Source: Dehalococcoidia bacterium (GTDB lineage: Bacteria; Chloroflexota; Dehalococcoidia; UBA2979). From it: a DNA stretch of 64,000 nucleotides. Below the pieces are notes generated by a model that saw only the letters and a program-made list of their open reading frames with translations, did not search any database and had not been told where the DNA came from. Shown here piece after piece: positions 48,128 through 58,200 of this stretch (positions are counted from its first letter, which is position 1; every line of letters starts with the position of its first letter). The DNA lies in contig OZ244720.1 in the NCBI GenBank assembly GCA_965219085.1, positions 1,728,001 to 1,792,000 on the forward strand, in the 5' to 3' direction. The translations under genes and the position numbers were made by a program.

Positions 48128-48937
48128 ATGACGCTGTGGATCTGCCGCACCTGTGGCGTCGAGTACGCCGACACCGCGCAGCCGCGCGCGCGCTGCGTGA
48201 TCTGCGAGGACGACCGCCAGTACGTCGGGTGGGGCGGGCAGGAGTGGACTACGCGCGAGGAGCTGCTCGCGCGCGGCCATCGCAACGATGTGCGCGAACT
48301 CGAGCCGGGGCTGACCGGCATCGGGATCGCGCCGCCGTTCAGCATCGGACAGCGCGCCCTGCTCGTGCAGACCGACGCCGGCAACGTGCTCTACGACTGC
48401 GTGAGCCTGCTCGACGACGAGGCCCGCGCGGCCATCGAGGCGCGCGGCGGCATCGACGCGATCACGCTCTCGCACCCCCACTTCTACGACGCCATGGTGA
48501 GCTGGAGCCACGCCTTCGGCGGCCGCCCAATCTACGTCCCGGACCTCGACCGCGACTTCGTGACGCGCCCCGACCCGGTGATCGAGTACTGGGACGGCGT
48601 ACCCCTCGAGCTGGTGCCAGGCGTGACGCTCGTCCAGACGGGCGGGCACTTCGCGGGGAGCGCGGTGTTGCACTGGGCCGGGGGCGCCGAGGGCCGGGGC
48701 GCACTCCTCGTCGGCGACTCGATCACGGTGGTGCCGGACCGCCGCTACGTGAGCTTCATGTACAGCTACCCGAACCTCATCCCCGCCTCGGCCGAGTCGG
48801 TCCGCGCCATCGTCGCCTCGGTCGAGCCGTACGCGTTCGACCGCATCTACGGGGGGTGGTGGGACCGCGACGTGATGGAGGGCGGCAAGGACGCCGTCCG
48901 CGCATCCGCGGAGCGCTACATCTCGTATCTCCAGTGA
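48128..48937 (+). CDS. MBL-fold metallo-hydrolase
   Basis: CRTCG...CVICEDDRQY, SHPHFY, GGHFAGS and SFMYSYPNLIP motifs. Confidence 0.88.
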   Translation: MTLWICRTCGVEYADTAQPRARCVICEDDRQYVGWGGQEWTTREELLARGHRNDVRELEPGLTGIGIAPPFSIGQRALLVQTDAGNVLYDCVSLLDDEARAAIEARGGIDAITLSHPHFYDAMVSWSHAFGGRPIYVPDLDRDFVTRPDPVIEYWDGVPLELVPGVTLVQTGGHFAGSAVLHWAGGAEGRGALLVGDSITVVPDRRYVSFMYSYPNLIPASAESVRAIVASVEPYAFDRIYGGWWDRDVMEGGKDAVRASAERYISYLQ

Positions 48938-48989
48938 GAGCGCCGCTGAGCCGGAGCCCCGCCGCACGGCTCAGCCGCTCACGAACTCG

Positions 48990-49778
48990 CTACTCCGCCA
49001 GGAACGCGGCGAGTTCCTCGTCGTACTGCTCCGGGAGCGTGCCCCGCATCATGTGGCCGACGTTCGGCCACGGCCGGAACGACAGCTGCGGCGACGCGAT
49101 TGAGCGGTAGTAGTCGAGCTCCTCGGGCAGCATGTAGCCTCCAGCGTCGATGTCGCCGACGAGCACGAGCGTCGGCACGGCCACGCGGCGCATGTGGTCC
49201 TCGCAGCGGAACGCCCAGTCGCGGTTGTCGGTGAGCAGACGCGTCACCGCGTGCGGCGAGAAGTGGTGGTGGGCGTAGACCTCGGCGTCGATCTGCTCTG
49301 CGGTGAGGCCGCTCGCCTCGCCTTCGGCGCGGATCTCGGCCTCCGGCCGCTCGTGGCGCGCCATCGCCTGGCGCAGGCTCGTGACGAAGGCGTTGACCAT
49401 CTTCCAGTAGACGGGGTCCTCGAGGAACGCGCGCGAGATCGCGTCGGGGTGCGTCGCCGCCATCATCGTGCCGATGTTCCCGCCCCACGAGTGGCCGACG
49501 TACGCCGGCCGGTCGAGCCCGAGGTTGTCGATGAGCTCGGCGAGGTCGGCGACGAAGTCGCGCAGGTGGTAGCCGGTCCGCGGCTTGTCGGTCTCGCCGT
49601 GGCCGCGATTGTCGGGCGCGATGATGTGGTAGCGATCCTCGAACGCGGGGACGACGGTGTCCCAGTTCCCGCCGTGGCCCGTCCAGCCGTGGACGAGCAG
49701 CAGGTCGGGGTGGGCGGGGTCGCCCCACTCGCGGTAGTGCATGCGCAGGCCCTGCACCTGGGTGTAGCTGTGTTCCAT
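48990..49778 (-). CDS. Alpha/beta hydrolase
   Basis: LLVHGW, DNRGHG, GHSWGG and VGH motifs. Confidence 0.92.
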   Translation of the reverse strand: MEHSYTQVQGLRMHYREWGDPAHPDLLLVHGWTGHGGNWDTVVPAFEDRYHIIAPDNRGHGETDKPRTGYHLRDFVADLAELIDNLGLDRPAYVGHSWGGNIGTMMAATHPDAISRAFLEDPVYWKMVNAFVTSLRQAMARHERPEAEIRAEGEASGLTAEQIDAEVYAHHHFSPHAVTRLLTDNRDWAFRCEDHMRRVAVPTLVLVGDIDAGGYMLPEELDYYRSIASPQLSFRPWPNVGHMMRGTLPEQYDEELAAFLAE

Positions 49779-49957
49779 CGCGCTGCTCCATTCACTGTGA
49801 TGTTCGTTCGGCAGGATGTATCGAACCCTGACTACCGAGCGTACGACGGATTTCGGTGCGCCAAGAGCTCTTTGTCTCTGCATTCTGCGCTAGCATATTC
49901 GTGGTGCGCCCCACCAGCACCACCGCGCCAGTTTCGTTCACGCCGGAGGACGGCTAG

Positions 49958-51637
49958 ATGCGAATCGTCCGACTCTCAGTTCGGAACTTCAGGGGTATAC
50001 GCTCTCTCAAATGGGATCTACCTAGCAGCGTCACATGTCTTGTGGGCCCCGGAGATTCGGCGAAGACGACCATCCTCGACGCGATCGAACTCGCGTTGCT
50101 TCCGAGGTCTCAGGCTCAATTCGTTGACGCCGATTTCTGCGCCGAAGCGACCGAGCGGCGAATAGAGATCGAGGTGACGCTCGTCGATCTGCCGACTGAT
50201 CTCCTCACGCAGGCGAAGTTCGGTTTGGAGCAGCGTGGCTGGACACTGGAAGGCGCAATTCGAGACGAGCCACAAAACGACGACACGCCTGCGCTCACAG
50301 TCCGACTGCAGGTGGATGAGTCGCTGGATCCAGTCTGGCATGTCATAAGCGATCGAAACCCGGATGGTCGCGCAATTGGCGTTCGAGACCGGGCCGCCAT
50401 CGGCGCCGCTCGTCTAGGTGAGGGCGACCGGCGTCAGCTGTCTTGGGTTCGGGGTTCGTCGCTGGCGAGAGTGACCGACTCACCGGACGCCATCGCGGCT
50501 GTTCTGAATCAGGCACGCAGGAGCGCTTGGCTGGCGATGAACGACCTCGACTTTGAGGAACTGGCTCAGACTGCCAGCACTGCTGGTGAGTGGGGAGAGC
50601 GGTACGGATCGTACGCAGCCCTGCCACTTGACGTCGGCCTCGACCCCCGGAATCTCAACATTGGCGCAGGGGCTCTCAGCCTGCGCCAAGAGAATGGGAT
50701 ATCGGCATCTGCCCTCGGAACTGGGAGCCGCCGTTTGCTGGGCCTCGCGATCCAGCGGCAGGTGATCGGCCAACCTGTAGTCACGCTAGTTGATGAGGTC
50801 GAGACCGGACTCGAGCCGCACCGGCTCCGACATCTGTTGAGTCAACTACGGGAATCAGACAACCAGGTCGTCCTGGTCAGTCACTCACCAGTTGCGGTGG
50901 CTGAGCTCGGGGTTACCGGACTCGGGCTCGTCCGTCGTGACAGTGAGGGAAATGTCTCGGTTCGCCACCCCGCCGAGAGCTTGCAAGGTGTGATTCGCGC
51001 GATGCCGGAAGCGGTCCTCTCACGCCGTGTTGTCGTCTGCGAGGGACAGACCGAGTACGGAATTGCGAGGGGACTCGTGGCCCACTGGGATCAACTGGAG
51101 GGTTTCCCGTTGGCGTCGATCGGAACTGTGATTATCTCAGGCAACGGTAGCGAAGCACCGGGGCGTGCTGCGGCGCTGAGGGATCTCGGATACGAATGCG
51201 TTTACTGGGCGGATGCCGATGTCGACGTGGAGCCCTCGTTGCCTGAGCTTCAAGCGGCTGGTGTCGACACCGTGACATGGGGAGAGGGCAAGAACACTGA
51301 GCAGCGGATCATGGCGGATGTCAGCGAGCGGCTACTCGACGTGCTCTGGGGTATAGCTACTGATGAGCGAGGGTTGGAGGGCGTATCAGCTCAACTGGCG
51401 ACGGCTATTCACCACACTGGGCGCCCCCCGCAGAGCTGGAGCGAATGGGCTGCGGCCTACTCGATCGAGGATCTTCGTCGTGCTTTGGGCGAGGCTGTAG
51501 CGAACCGCGGTTGGTTTAAGAGTGTGAGCCTCGGCGAGCGTGTCGGCGAGGCGATTGCACCGGAGGTCACCGCTGCTGACGATACGGATCTTGGAAAAAA
51601 GCTGGGGAAGTTGCGACGCCTTGCCTACCGAGACTGA
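49958..51637 (+). CDS. OLD-family ABC-ATPase/TOPRIM nuclease (GajA-like)
   Basis: RNFRGI, LVGPGDSAKT (Walker A variant), LVDEVETGLEPH, SHSP, VVCEG.TE and DAD (TOPRIM); lower GC than the flanks. Confidence 0.85.
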   Translation: MRIVRLSVRNFRGIRSLKWDLPSSVTCLVGPGDSAKTTILDAIELALLPRSQAQFVDADFCAEATERRIEIEVTLVDLPTDLLTQAKFGLEQRGWTLEGAIRDEPQNDDTPALTVRLQVDESLDPVWHVISDRNPDGRAIGVRDRAAIGAARLGEGDRRQLSWVRGSSLARVTDSPDAIAAVLNQARRSAWLAMNDLDFEELAQTASTAGEWGERYGSYAALPLDVGLDPRNLNIGAGALSLRQENGISASALGTGSRRLLGLAIQRQVIGQPVVTLVDEVETGLEPHRLRHLLSQLRESDNQVVLVSHSPVAVAELGVTGLGLVRRDSEGNVSVRHPAESLQGVIRAMPEAVLSRRVVVCEGQTEYGIARGLVAHWDQLEGFPLASIGTVIISGNGSEAPGRAAALRDLGYECVYWADADVDVEPSLPELQAAGVDTVTWGEGKNTEQRIMADVSERLLDVLWGIATDERGLEGVSAQLATAIHHTGRPPQSWSEWAAAYSIEDLRRALGEAVANRGWFKSVSLGERVGEAIAPEVTAADDTDLGKKLGKLRRLAYRD

Positions 51638-53045
51638 CGCAGCGACGCTTGCGGCGGCGGAGCGCGCGTTCGTGGTCGCGCCCGCAGGTTGCGGCAAGAC
51701 GGAATTGATCGCCCGAGCGATCGGCATTCAGAATGGTCGCAGCCTTGTCCTTACACACACACACTCTGGAGTGAGCGCCCTCCGCTCGCGTTTGCGCAGG
51801 CTTGGCATACCGCGTGAGAAGTTTCATGTCGCCACGATTGCGGGCTTGGGATTCCAATACGCTGCCGCGTTTCCGTCTCTGTCTGGACTTTCCGTGACCT
51901 CGCCGACAGGTAGCGAGTGGGCGCGAGTTTACGAAGCGGCTATCGAGGGCTTACGACATCGTGCGCTGAGAGACGTTCTCAAGCGGTCGTTCACAGGGGT
52001 CTATGTCGATGAGTATCAGGATTGTAACCTTGCCCAGAACGAAATCGTTCAGGCGATTGCTGAAGTCCTGCCGTGCCGTCTCCTTGGCGATCCCATGCAA
52101 GGAATCTTTGATTTCAACGAACCAACGGTCGACTGGCGAGACGACGTGGTACCGCATTTTGAGCGTCTTCCCGATCTCTCGACGCCATATCGATGGCTGG
52201 ATTCGAATCCAAAGCTAGGGGAGTGGCTTGAGGAAGTGCGAACCCGTCTGATTGCGGGAAGGCCCATCGATTTTCGCGACTCACCCGCCCGCTGGCACCC
52301 GGCGACACGCCCCAATCAAGTCGCGGTCTGCCGGAGAGTAGCTGCCGACGAGACGGGCAGTGTTGTAGCGATTGGCAAGTGGCCGAATGACTGTCACGAT
52401 CTTGCGAGCCAGCTCGGAGGCGCCTACGGGTCGATGGAGGAGCTCGACTGCCGTGGTCTGATGGAGTTTGCTCGGAAACTCGATGACACCGACAGCGGGC
52501 ATCGCTGGGCCACATTGATGATTGACGTTGCCAAGGAATGCTTCACCGTGGTCGGCTCGCGGTTGGCGGCATTCCGCTCGCAGTACGCAGCTGGATCGAC
52601 ACCGCAGACGAAGAGGCTCACCACAAACAAGACGGTTGTCGAGGCCTTCAACCGTGTTGCATCTGAGGCGACAGTAGGCGCGCTCATCGAGGCGAGTCGA
52701 GCCGTGGAACGCATTCCCGGCGCGCGCCTCTATCGGAGAGAGTTGTGGCAGGAGATGAAGACTACACTCCTCACCTGCCGATCAGGCGGGTACGCGAGCA
52801 TCGCGGACGCCGCCTGGTATGTCAGAGACCGTTCACGCCACCACGGGAGACCCACCGAGGATCGAGTCGTTTCGCGGACGCTCTTGGTGAAGGGTCTTGA
52901 GTTCGAGCACGCCATCGTGACGGACGCTGACAAGCTCACCTCCAAGGAACGCTACGTCGCAATGACGCGTGGGCGTACGGGCCTGAGCGTCCTCTCCGCC
53001 GAGCCGGTCTGGCAGAGGGAGCCCGCGGTTAACGTGCTCGACTGA
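51621..53045 (+). CDS. Short UvrD-like helicase (GajB-like)
   Basis: APAGCGKT, YVDEYQD, GDPMQGIF, KGLEF and YVAMTRG motifs. The TTG start overlaps the end of the OLD gene; the ORF is open from 51540. Confidence 0.85.
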   Translation: MPTETDAATLAAAERAFVVAPAGCGKTELIARAIGIQNGRSLVLTHTHSGVSALRSRLRRLGIPREKFHVATIAGLGFQYAAAFPSLSGLSVTSPTGSEWARVYEAAIEGLRHRALRDVLKRSFTGVYVDEYQDCNLAQNEIVQAIAEVLPCRLLGDPMQGIFDFNEPTVDWRDDVVPHFERLPDLSTPYRWLDSNPKLGEWLEEVRTRLIAGRPIDFRDSPARWHPATRPNQVAVCRRVAADETGSVVAIGKWPNDCHDLASQLGGAYGSMEELDCRGLMEFARKLDDTDSGHRWATLMIDVAKECFTVVGSRLAAFRSQYAAGSTPQTKRLTTNKTVVEAFNRVASEATVGALIEASRAVERIPGARLYRRELWQEMKTTLLTCRSGGYASIADAAWYVRDRSRHHGRPTEDRVVSRTLLVKGLEFEHAIVTDADKLTSKERYVAMTRGRTGLSVLSAEPVWQREPAVNVLD

Positions 53046-53138
53046 TCTGTCACCGGCCTGCCGAGCGCGGCCACCGCTGCTGCGGCTCGTCCCCGACGGG
53101 ACCGGACGCCTGCGGGGAAGCATCGCATACTGGCTATC

Positions 53139-54404
53139 GTGCGCGACGAGAGAACGGCGACGCTGATCGACGTGGGCGGAGGCAGGTCTTCGCCCGTCGC
53201 GAACGTGGTCACGCCCCTGCGCGACTACCCCGACTTCCGCGCGCTGTGGTGGAGCACGCTATACGCCTCGAGCGCGTGGTGGGCGCAGAACGTCGTGCTC
53301 GCCTGGCTCGCCTTCGACCTCACCGGCTCCGAGCTCGCGGTCGCCGCTGCGGCGGCGGTCGGGTTCGCGCCGATGCTGCTCGGCCCGCTCGGCGGACTGC
53401 TGGCGGACCGGATGCACCGCCCGAGGCTGCTCATCGGCTCGCAGCTGGTGGCGCTGCTGGCCGGCGTCGTGATCGCCGCGCTGGTCATGTTCGGCCTCGC
53501 CGTGTACTGGCACGTGCTCGTCGCGGGCGCGCTGGTCGGGCTGACGATGGCGCCGCTGCAGCCGGTGCGCTTCACGCTCACCATGGACCTCGTGGGCGAG
53601 CGCCGCGTGTCGAGCGCGAACGCGGTCAGCGCCGTCGGGATGCTCGGCAGCCGCGTGGTCGCCCCGGCGATTGCCGGGGCGCTCATCGCGCGCTACGGCG
53701 CCGACGTCGCGCTGTGGTTCAGCGCGGCGTGGTACATCCCGGCCTGCTGGGTGCTCGTGCGCCTCGACGACGACCGCCGGGCGGGGAGCGCGAACGCGGT
53801 GATGGTGCTGGGCGAGATCGCGCAGGCGTTCCGCCACGCGCTGGCGAACCGCGCGCTGCGCGCGCTGCTCGTCGTGACGGTGCTGGCGAACACCTTCGCG
53901 TGGCCGGTGATCCTCGGCTTCCTGCCCGTCTTCGCCGAGGAGGTCTTCGACGTCGGGCCGGCAGGACTGGGTCTGATCGTCGGGGTGAACGGGATGGGCG
54001 CGCTGATCGGCGCGGTCGGGATCGCGTCGCTGGGCGACTTCCGCTCGAAGGGGCTGCTCTACCTGGTGGCGACGGCGCTGTTCGGGGTGGCGCTTTCGGC
54101 GTTCGCGGTCAGCGGCGTGTTCGGGCTGGCGCTCGTGCTGGTCTTCATCGCGGGTGCCGGCAGCGCGGGCTTCGGGGTGATGCAGAGCACGCTCACAATG
54201 CTGCTCGCGCCCCCCGAGGCGCGAGGCCGCGTGCTCGGCGTGCTGATGCTCTCGATCGGCGTCCTGCCGGGCGCGATGCTGGTACATGGCGCGGTTGCCT
54301 CCTCGATTGGCGTGGTCGCGACGACGGCCGTTTCTGGCGTGCTCCTCGGCGTGCTGACGATGGCGGTAGCGGCGTCCTCGCCGGAGTTGCGCAGGGCAGG
54401 CTGA
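53139..54404 (+). CDS. MFS transporter (H+ antiporter-3-like)
   Basis: FRALW, GGLLADRMHR and RGRV motifs; about 12 TM helices. Confidence 0.9.
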   Translation: MRDERTATLIDVGGGRSSPVANVVTPLRDYPDFRALWWSTLYASSAWWAQNVVLAWLAFDLTGSELAVAAAAAVGFAPMLLGPLGGLLADRMHRPRLLIGSQLVALLAGVVIAALVMFGLAVYWHVLVAGALVGLTMAPLQPVRFTLTMDLVGERRVSSANAVSAVGMLGSRVVAPAIAGALIARYGADVALWFSAAWYIPACWVLVRLDDDRRAGSANAVMVLGEIAQAFRHALANRALRALLVVTVLANTFAWPVILGFLPVFAEEVFDVGPAGLGLIVGVNGMGALIGAVGIASLGDFRSKGLLYLVATALFGVALSAFAVSGVFGLALVLVFIAGAGSAGFGVMQSTLTMLLAPPEARGRVLGVLMLSIGVLPGAMLVHGAVASSIGVVATTAVSGVLLGVLTMAVAASSPELRRAG

Positions 54405-54503
54405 GGCCGCGGCCTCGGCGCACCGGGGTCGCATCGGTTCCGGATTACCGATAGTTGCGGGGCGGGTTATCGTGGTTGCGGGACGAGAAGCGGGACCCTC
54501 GGC

Positions 54504-55292
54504 ATGCGTGCAGCAGCCATCCTGTTGGTAGTCGCCATCCTGGGCGTGACGGGCTGTAGCGAGTCCCCCGCGGACCCGGACGCGGCTGTCGCGGACACCC
54601 GGGCGCCCGCAGCCGAGACCGGGGCTTCGAGCACCGACACCGGCCGTCCCGCGACCGCGACTCCTGCACAGACTGCGGCCCCTGCACAGACTGCCGCGCC
54701 GGCGACACCGGCTGCGACCGCGACGACCATGACGGCCACGCCTGAGCCAACGCGGGCCTCGGTGGTTGCGGTAATCGTAGAGACCGCTAGCCCGGCGACA
54801 GCGACGAGGGCCGAGGAGCCGGACGAGGATCCGAAGGGCGCCTCCGAGCTCACGCCGCGGGACCCGAAGCCACCTCGGCCCCAGCCCACCGCGGCTGCCG
54901 CGGCCGTGGCGGGAGCGAGCGCGGACAGCGCCACCACGGAGAAGGAAGAGCGACCGTACATCTGGTACGACGGCGACCGCACCATGACAGTCTGGCTGGA
55001 CGCGGAGGATCCTGGGCCCGTGTTCCGCACATCGTCCGGCTCGTTGATGACGCTGCCTGGCGGAGTGCTCCTCAAGCTCGACGGCTCGTGGGATGAGACG
55101 AGGGTCGTGAGCTTCTTCGCAGCGCATGACATCGAGCGGAGCCGAGTCACCGAGCGGTCGTTCGGCGTGAACGCCTTCTTTGTGGAGACCGCCCCCGGCT
55201 TCGCGTCGCTCGACCTGGCAAACGCGCTCGCCGTGCAGGACGGGGTCCTGATCTCGAGCCCGAACTGGCGGAGGGAAGTCACGACGCGGTGA
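54504..55292 (+). CDS. Lipoprotein; candidate external chaperone/prodomain for the downstream protease
   Basis: VTGC lipobox, Ala/Thr/Pro linker and a C-terminal PVF...LPGGVLL...SLDLANALA...SSPNW domain; GTGA overlap with the protease gene. Confidence 0.7.
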   Translation: MRAAAILLVVAILGVTGCSESPADPDAAVADTRAPAAETGASSTDTGRPATATPAQTAAPAQTAAPATPAATATTMTATPEPTRASVVAVIVETASPATATRAEEPDEDPKGASELTPRDPKPPRPQPTAAAAAVAGASADSATTEKEERPYIWYDGDRTMTVWLDAEDPGPVFRTSSGSLMTLPGGVLLKLDGSWDETRVVSFFAAHDIERSRVTERSFGVNAFFVETAPGFASLDLANALAVQDGVLISSPNWRREVTTR

Positions 55293-58200
55293 GATGGCTG
55301 TCACTGCTGGCAGGCTGTGCCGCGATCTGCCTCCTGATCGTCGCCGGCCGGGCGTGGGCGCAGGGCACGCTCGGGGCGCCCTCCATCACGCAAGTATTCA
55401 CTGGCACGAACTACATCGATGTGTTCTGGAGCGCCCCGGCCGACAATGGCGGCTCCACGATTGTCGCCTACGACCTCCACTACATCCGCAGCGACCATCC
55501 GGACAAGACCGACGACGCCAACTGGACCCTCGAGGAGGACGTGTGGGAAACCGGTGACAGTGCCCTCGCCCACGACCTGAAGGGCCTGCCCGACGGCACG
55601 AAGTACGACTTGCAGGTGCGCGCGGACAACGGCAGTGACGGCCCCTGGTCCGACACACGCGAGGTGTCGACGAACGACCATTCCAATACACGGTCCGGCG
55701 CGACCACGCTCTCCCCCGGCTCCTCGGTGCGCGGCAGCATCGACCCTGCCGATGAAGAGGACTACTTCCGTGTCGTGCTGGGAACCGATGGGGACCTGTG
55801 GGTCTACACCACCGGCAGTGACGACACCGTCGGGGTCGTGCTGAGTACGGGCGGAAGCGTCCTTGCGGGTGACGACGATGGCCAACTCCTGGATGGCCCC
55901 CTCAACTTCTCGATCCGCGAAGAGCTGCTCGCAGGTGCGTACTACGTCCGGGTCACGAGCTTCGATGCCCTCGAGACGGCGTCGTACACGATCCACGCCC
56001 AGTTGGCGACCGACCCGGGCGACACCAAGGACACCGCCACGACCGTCACGCCCGACTCCATCACCCCGGGGCGCATCGGCCCTGAGGGGGGCGTAGACGG
56101 CGATAAGGACTACTTCAAGCTCGAGCTGTCCGCTGCGGCAGATGTCTGGGTGATGGCCGTCGGTGACCTGGACACGGTGGGAGCACTCCTCGATGCCAGC
56201 GAGATGGTGCTCGAGGAAGACGACGACAGCGAGTACATCAATAACGAGACAGGGTTCATGCTCCGTCGCGAGCTCGGAATGGGTACGTACTACGTCCGCG
56301 TCACCAGCTACGACGAGGACGATACCGGGCCGTACACCCTGTTCGTCCGCACCGCGACCGATCCCGGAAGCTCCACCACGACCGCGACGCCGATCACCCT
56401 CGGTACGCCGGAGTCTGGACGGATCCGGCCCAGCAGCGACCAGGACTACTTCAGCCTGACGCTGGACGAGGACACGTACGTGTATATGTACGGTCTCTCG
56501 TTCGGCGGCGCGCTTCCGCTCACCGCGACCGTGACCGACTCATCGAACACGGTGCTCGATGACCTGTACGTCATCGCTCACGAGCACTGGGCTCATAGCG
56601 GACTTCCCGAGGCCAGCTTCGGCGTGTGGGGCAAGCTGGAAGCGGGCACGTACTCCATTCGCGTCCAGGCGCCCTCGGGCGGGACGGGCGGGCCGTACCT
56701 GCTCCACGCACTGGAATCAACCTACGGCCGGACGGTCGAGCGCTGCACCGGCATCACGACTGCCCAGAGCGACCCCTGGTACGGCTGCGCGTGGCACCTC
56801 AACAACACCGGGCAGTTCCCCGGCGGGGCGGGCCACGACATCAACGTCGAGGAGGTCTGGGCCACGACGATGGGCGCGGGCATCAACATCGCCATCGTCG
56901 ACGATGGGTTGCAGTACGCGCACGAAGACCTCGCCGACAACGTCCTCACTGCGCGCAACCACGACTACTTCGGCAGCGACATCTTCGACCCGCTCGAGAC
57001 CCACGGGACGCAGGTGGCGGGCATCATCGCGGCGCGCGACAACGACGTCGGGGTGCGCGGGGTGGCGCCGAGGGCGAGCATCTACGGCTACAACCTGATC
57101 GACCGAGGCCGTGCCGACGCCGTCGATGAGGAGGACGCCATGACCCGCCACATGGGCGATACAGCGGTCTCCAACCACAGCTGGGGTCCGACCGATGTCC
57201 TCGGCTTCGCGTACGCCGCGGCGGTAGACGCGATCCTCAACGGCGTGACGAGCGGCTTCGGCGGCAAGGGTGTGTTCTACGCGTTTGCCGCGGGGAACGA
57301 CTTCATCGGGGGCTTCGACGGCAACCTCAACGAGTACGCGAACCACTACGGTGTGACCGCCGTCTGCGCGGTGAACTACAACGATGTGCGGGCCACCTAT
57401 TCGGAGACGGGCCCGCACCTCTGGGTCTGCGCTCCGTCGAGGGACCGGACGCTGAGCCTGCCCGGGATTGCGACGACGCGGAACGGCGACCGCTACACGG
57501 ACTCCTTCTCGGGCACCTCGGCCGCTACCCCCATCGTCTCCGGCGTGGCTGCGCTCGTGCGCGCAACCAACACCAGCCTGACCTGGCGCGACGTCAAGCT
57601 CATCCTCGCCGCCTCCGGGCGCAAGAACGACACCGGCGACCGCGGTACCGGCACCCCTTACAGCGGCTGGGAGTCGGGCGCACTGCAGTACGGCTCGACG
57701 ACCCGGCGCTACCAGTTCAACCATCAGTACGGGTTCGGCGTGGTCGACGCCGGCGCTGCCGTCGCCCTGGCCGATGGCTGGACGAAGGCGCCCGAACTCC
57801 GCGAGATCGAGGTGGAGTCTGGCGACCTGGAGCTGGCGCTACCCGAGTCTCCGTCGTTCGGTAGCGGCACGACCGTCTCGACCACCCTCACGGTCGATTC
57901 ATGGGTAGGGTTCACCGAGTTCGTTGAGATCAACGCTACGTTCGACCACCCGTCCTTCCGCGACGTCCGGATCGACCTCGTATCGCCCTCGGGCGCCAGA
58001 TCGCAGCTGGTCCGTGCCGTGCGACGGACCCTCCCTCGCTCCGACGGCACGACCGAGAAGCTCACCGCCGCGTTGACCACGAGGTTCCGATTCGGCTCGG
58101 CTCGGCATCTTGGCGAGAACGCCGCCGGCACATGGACGTTGCAGATCATCGACCTCGTCCCGGCAGACGCCGGCATGCTGAAGTCGTGGAGCCTCAAGGT

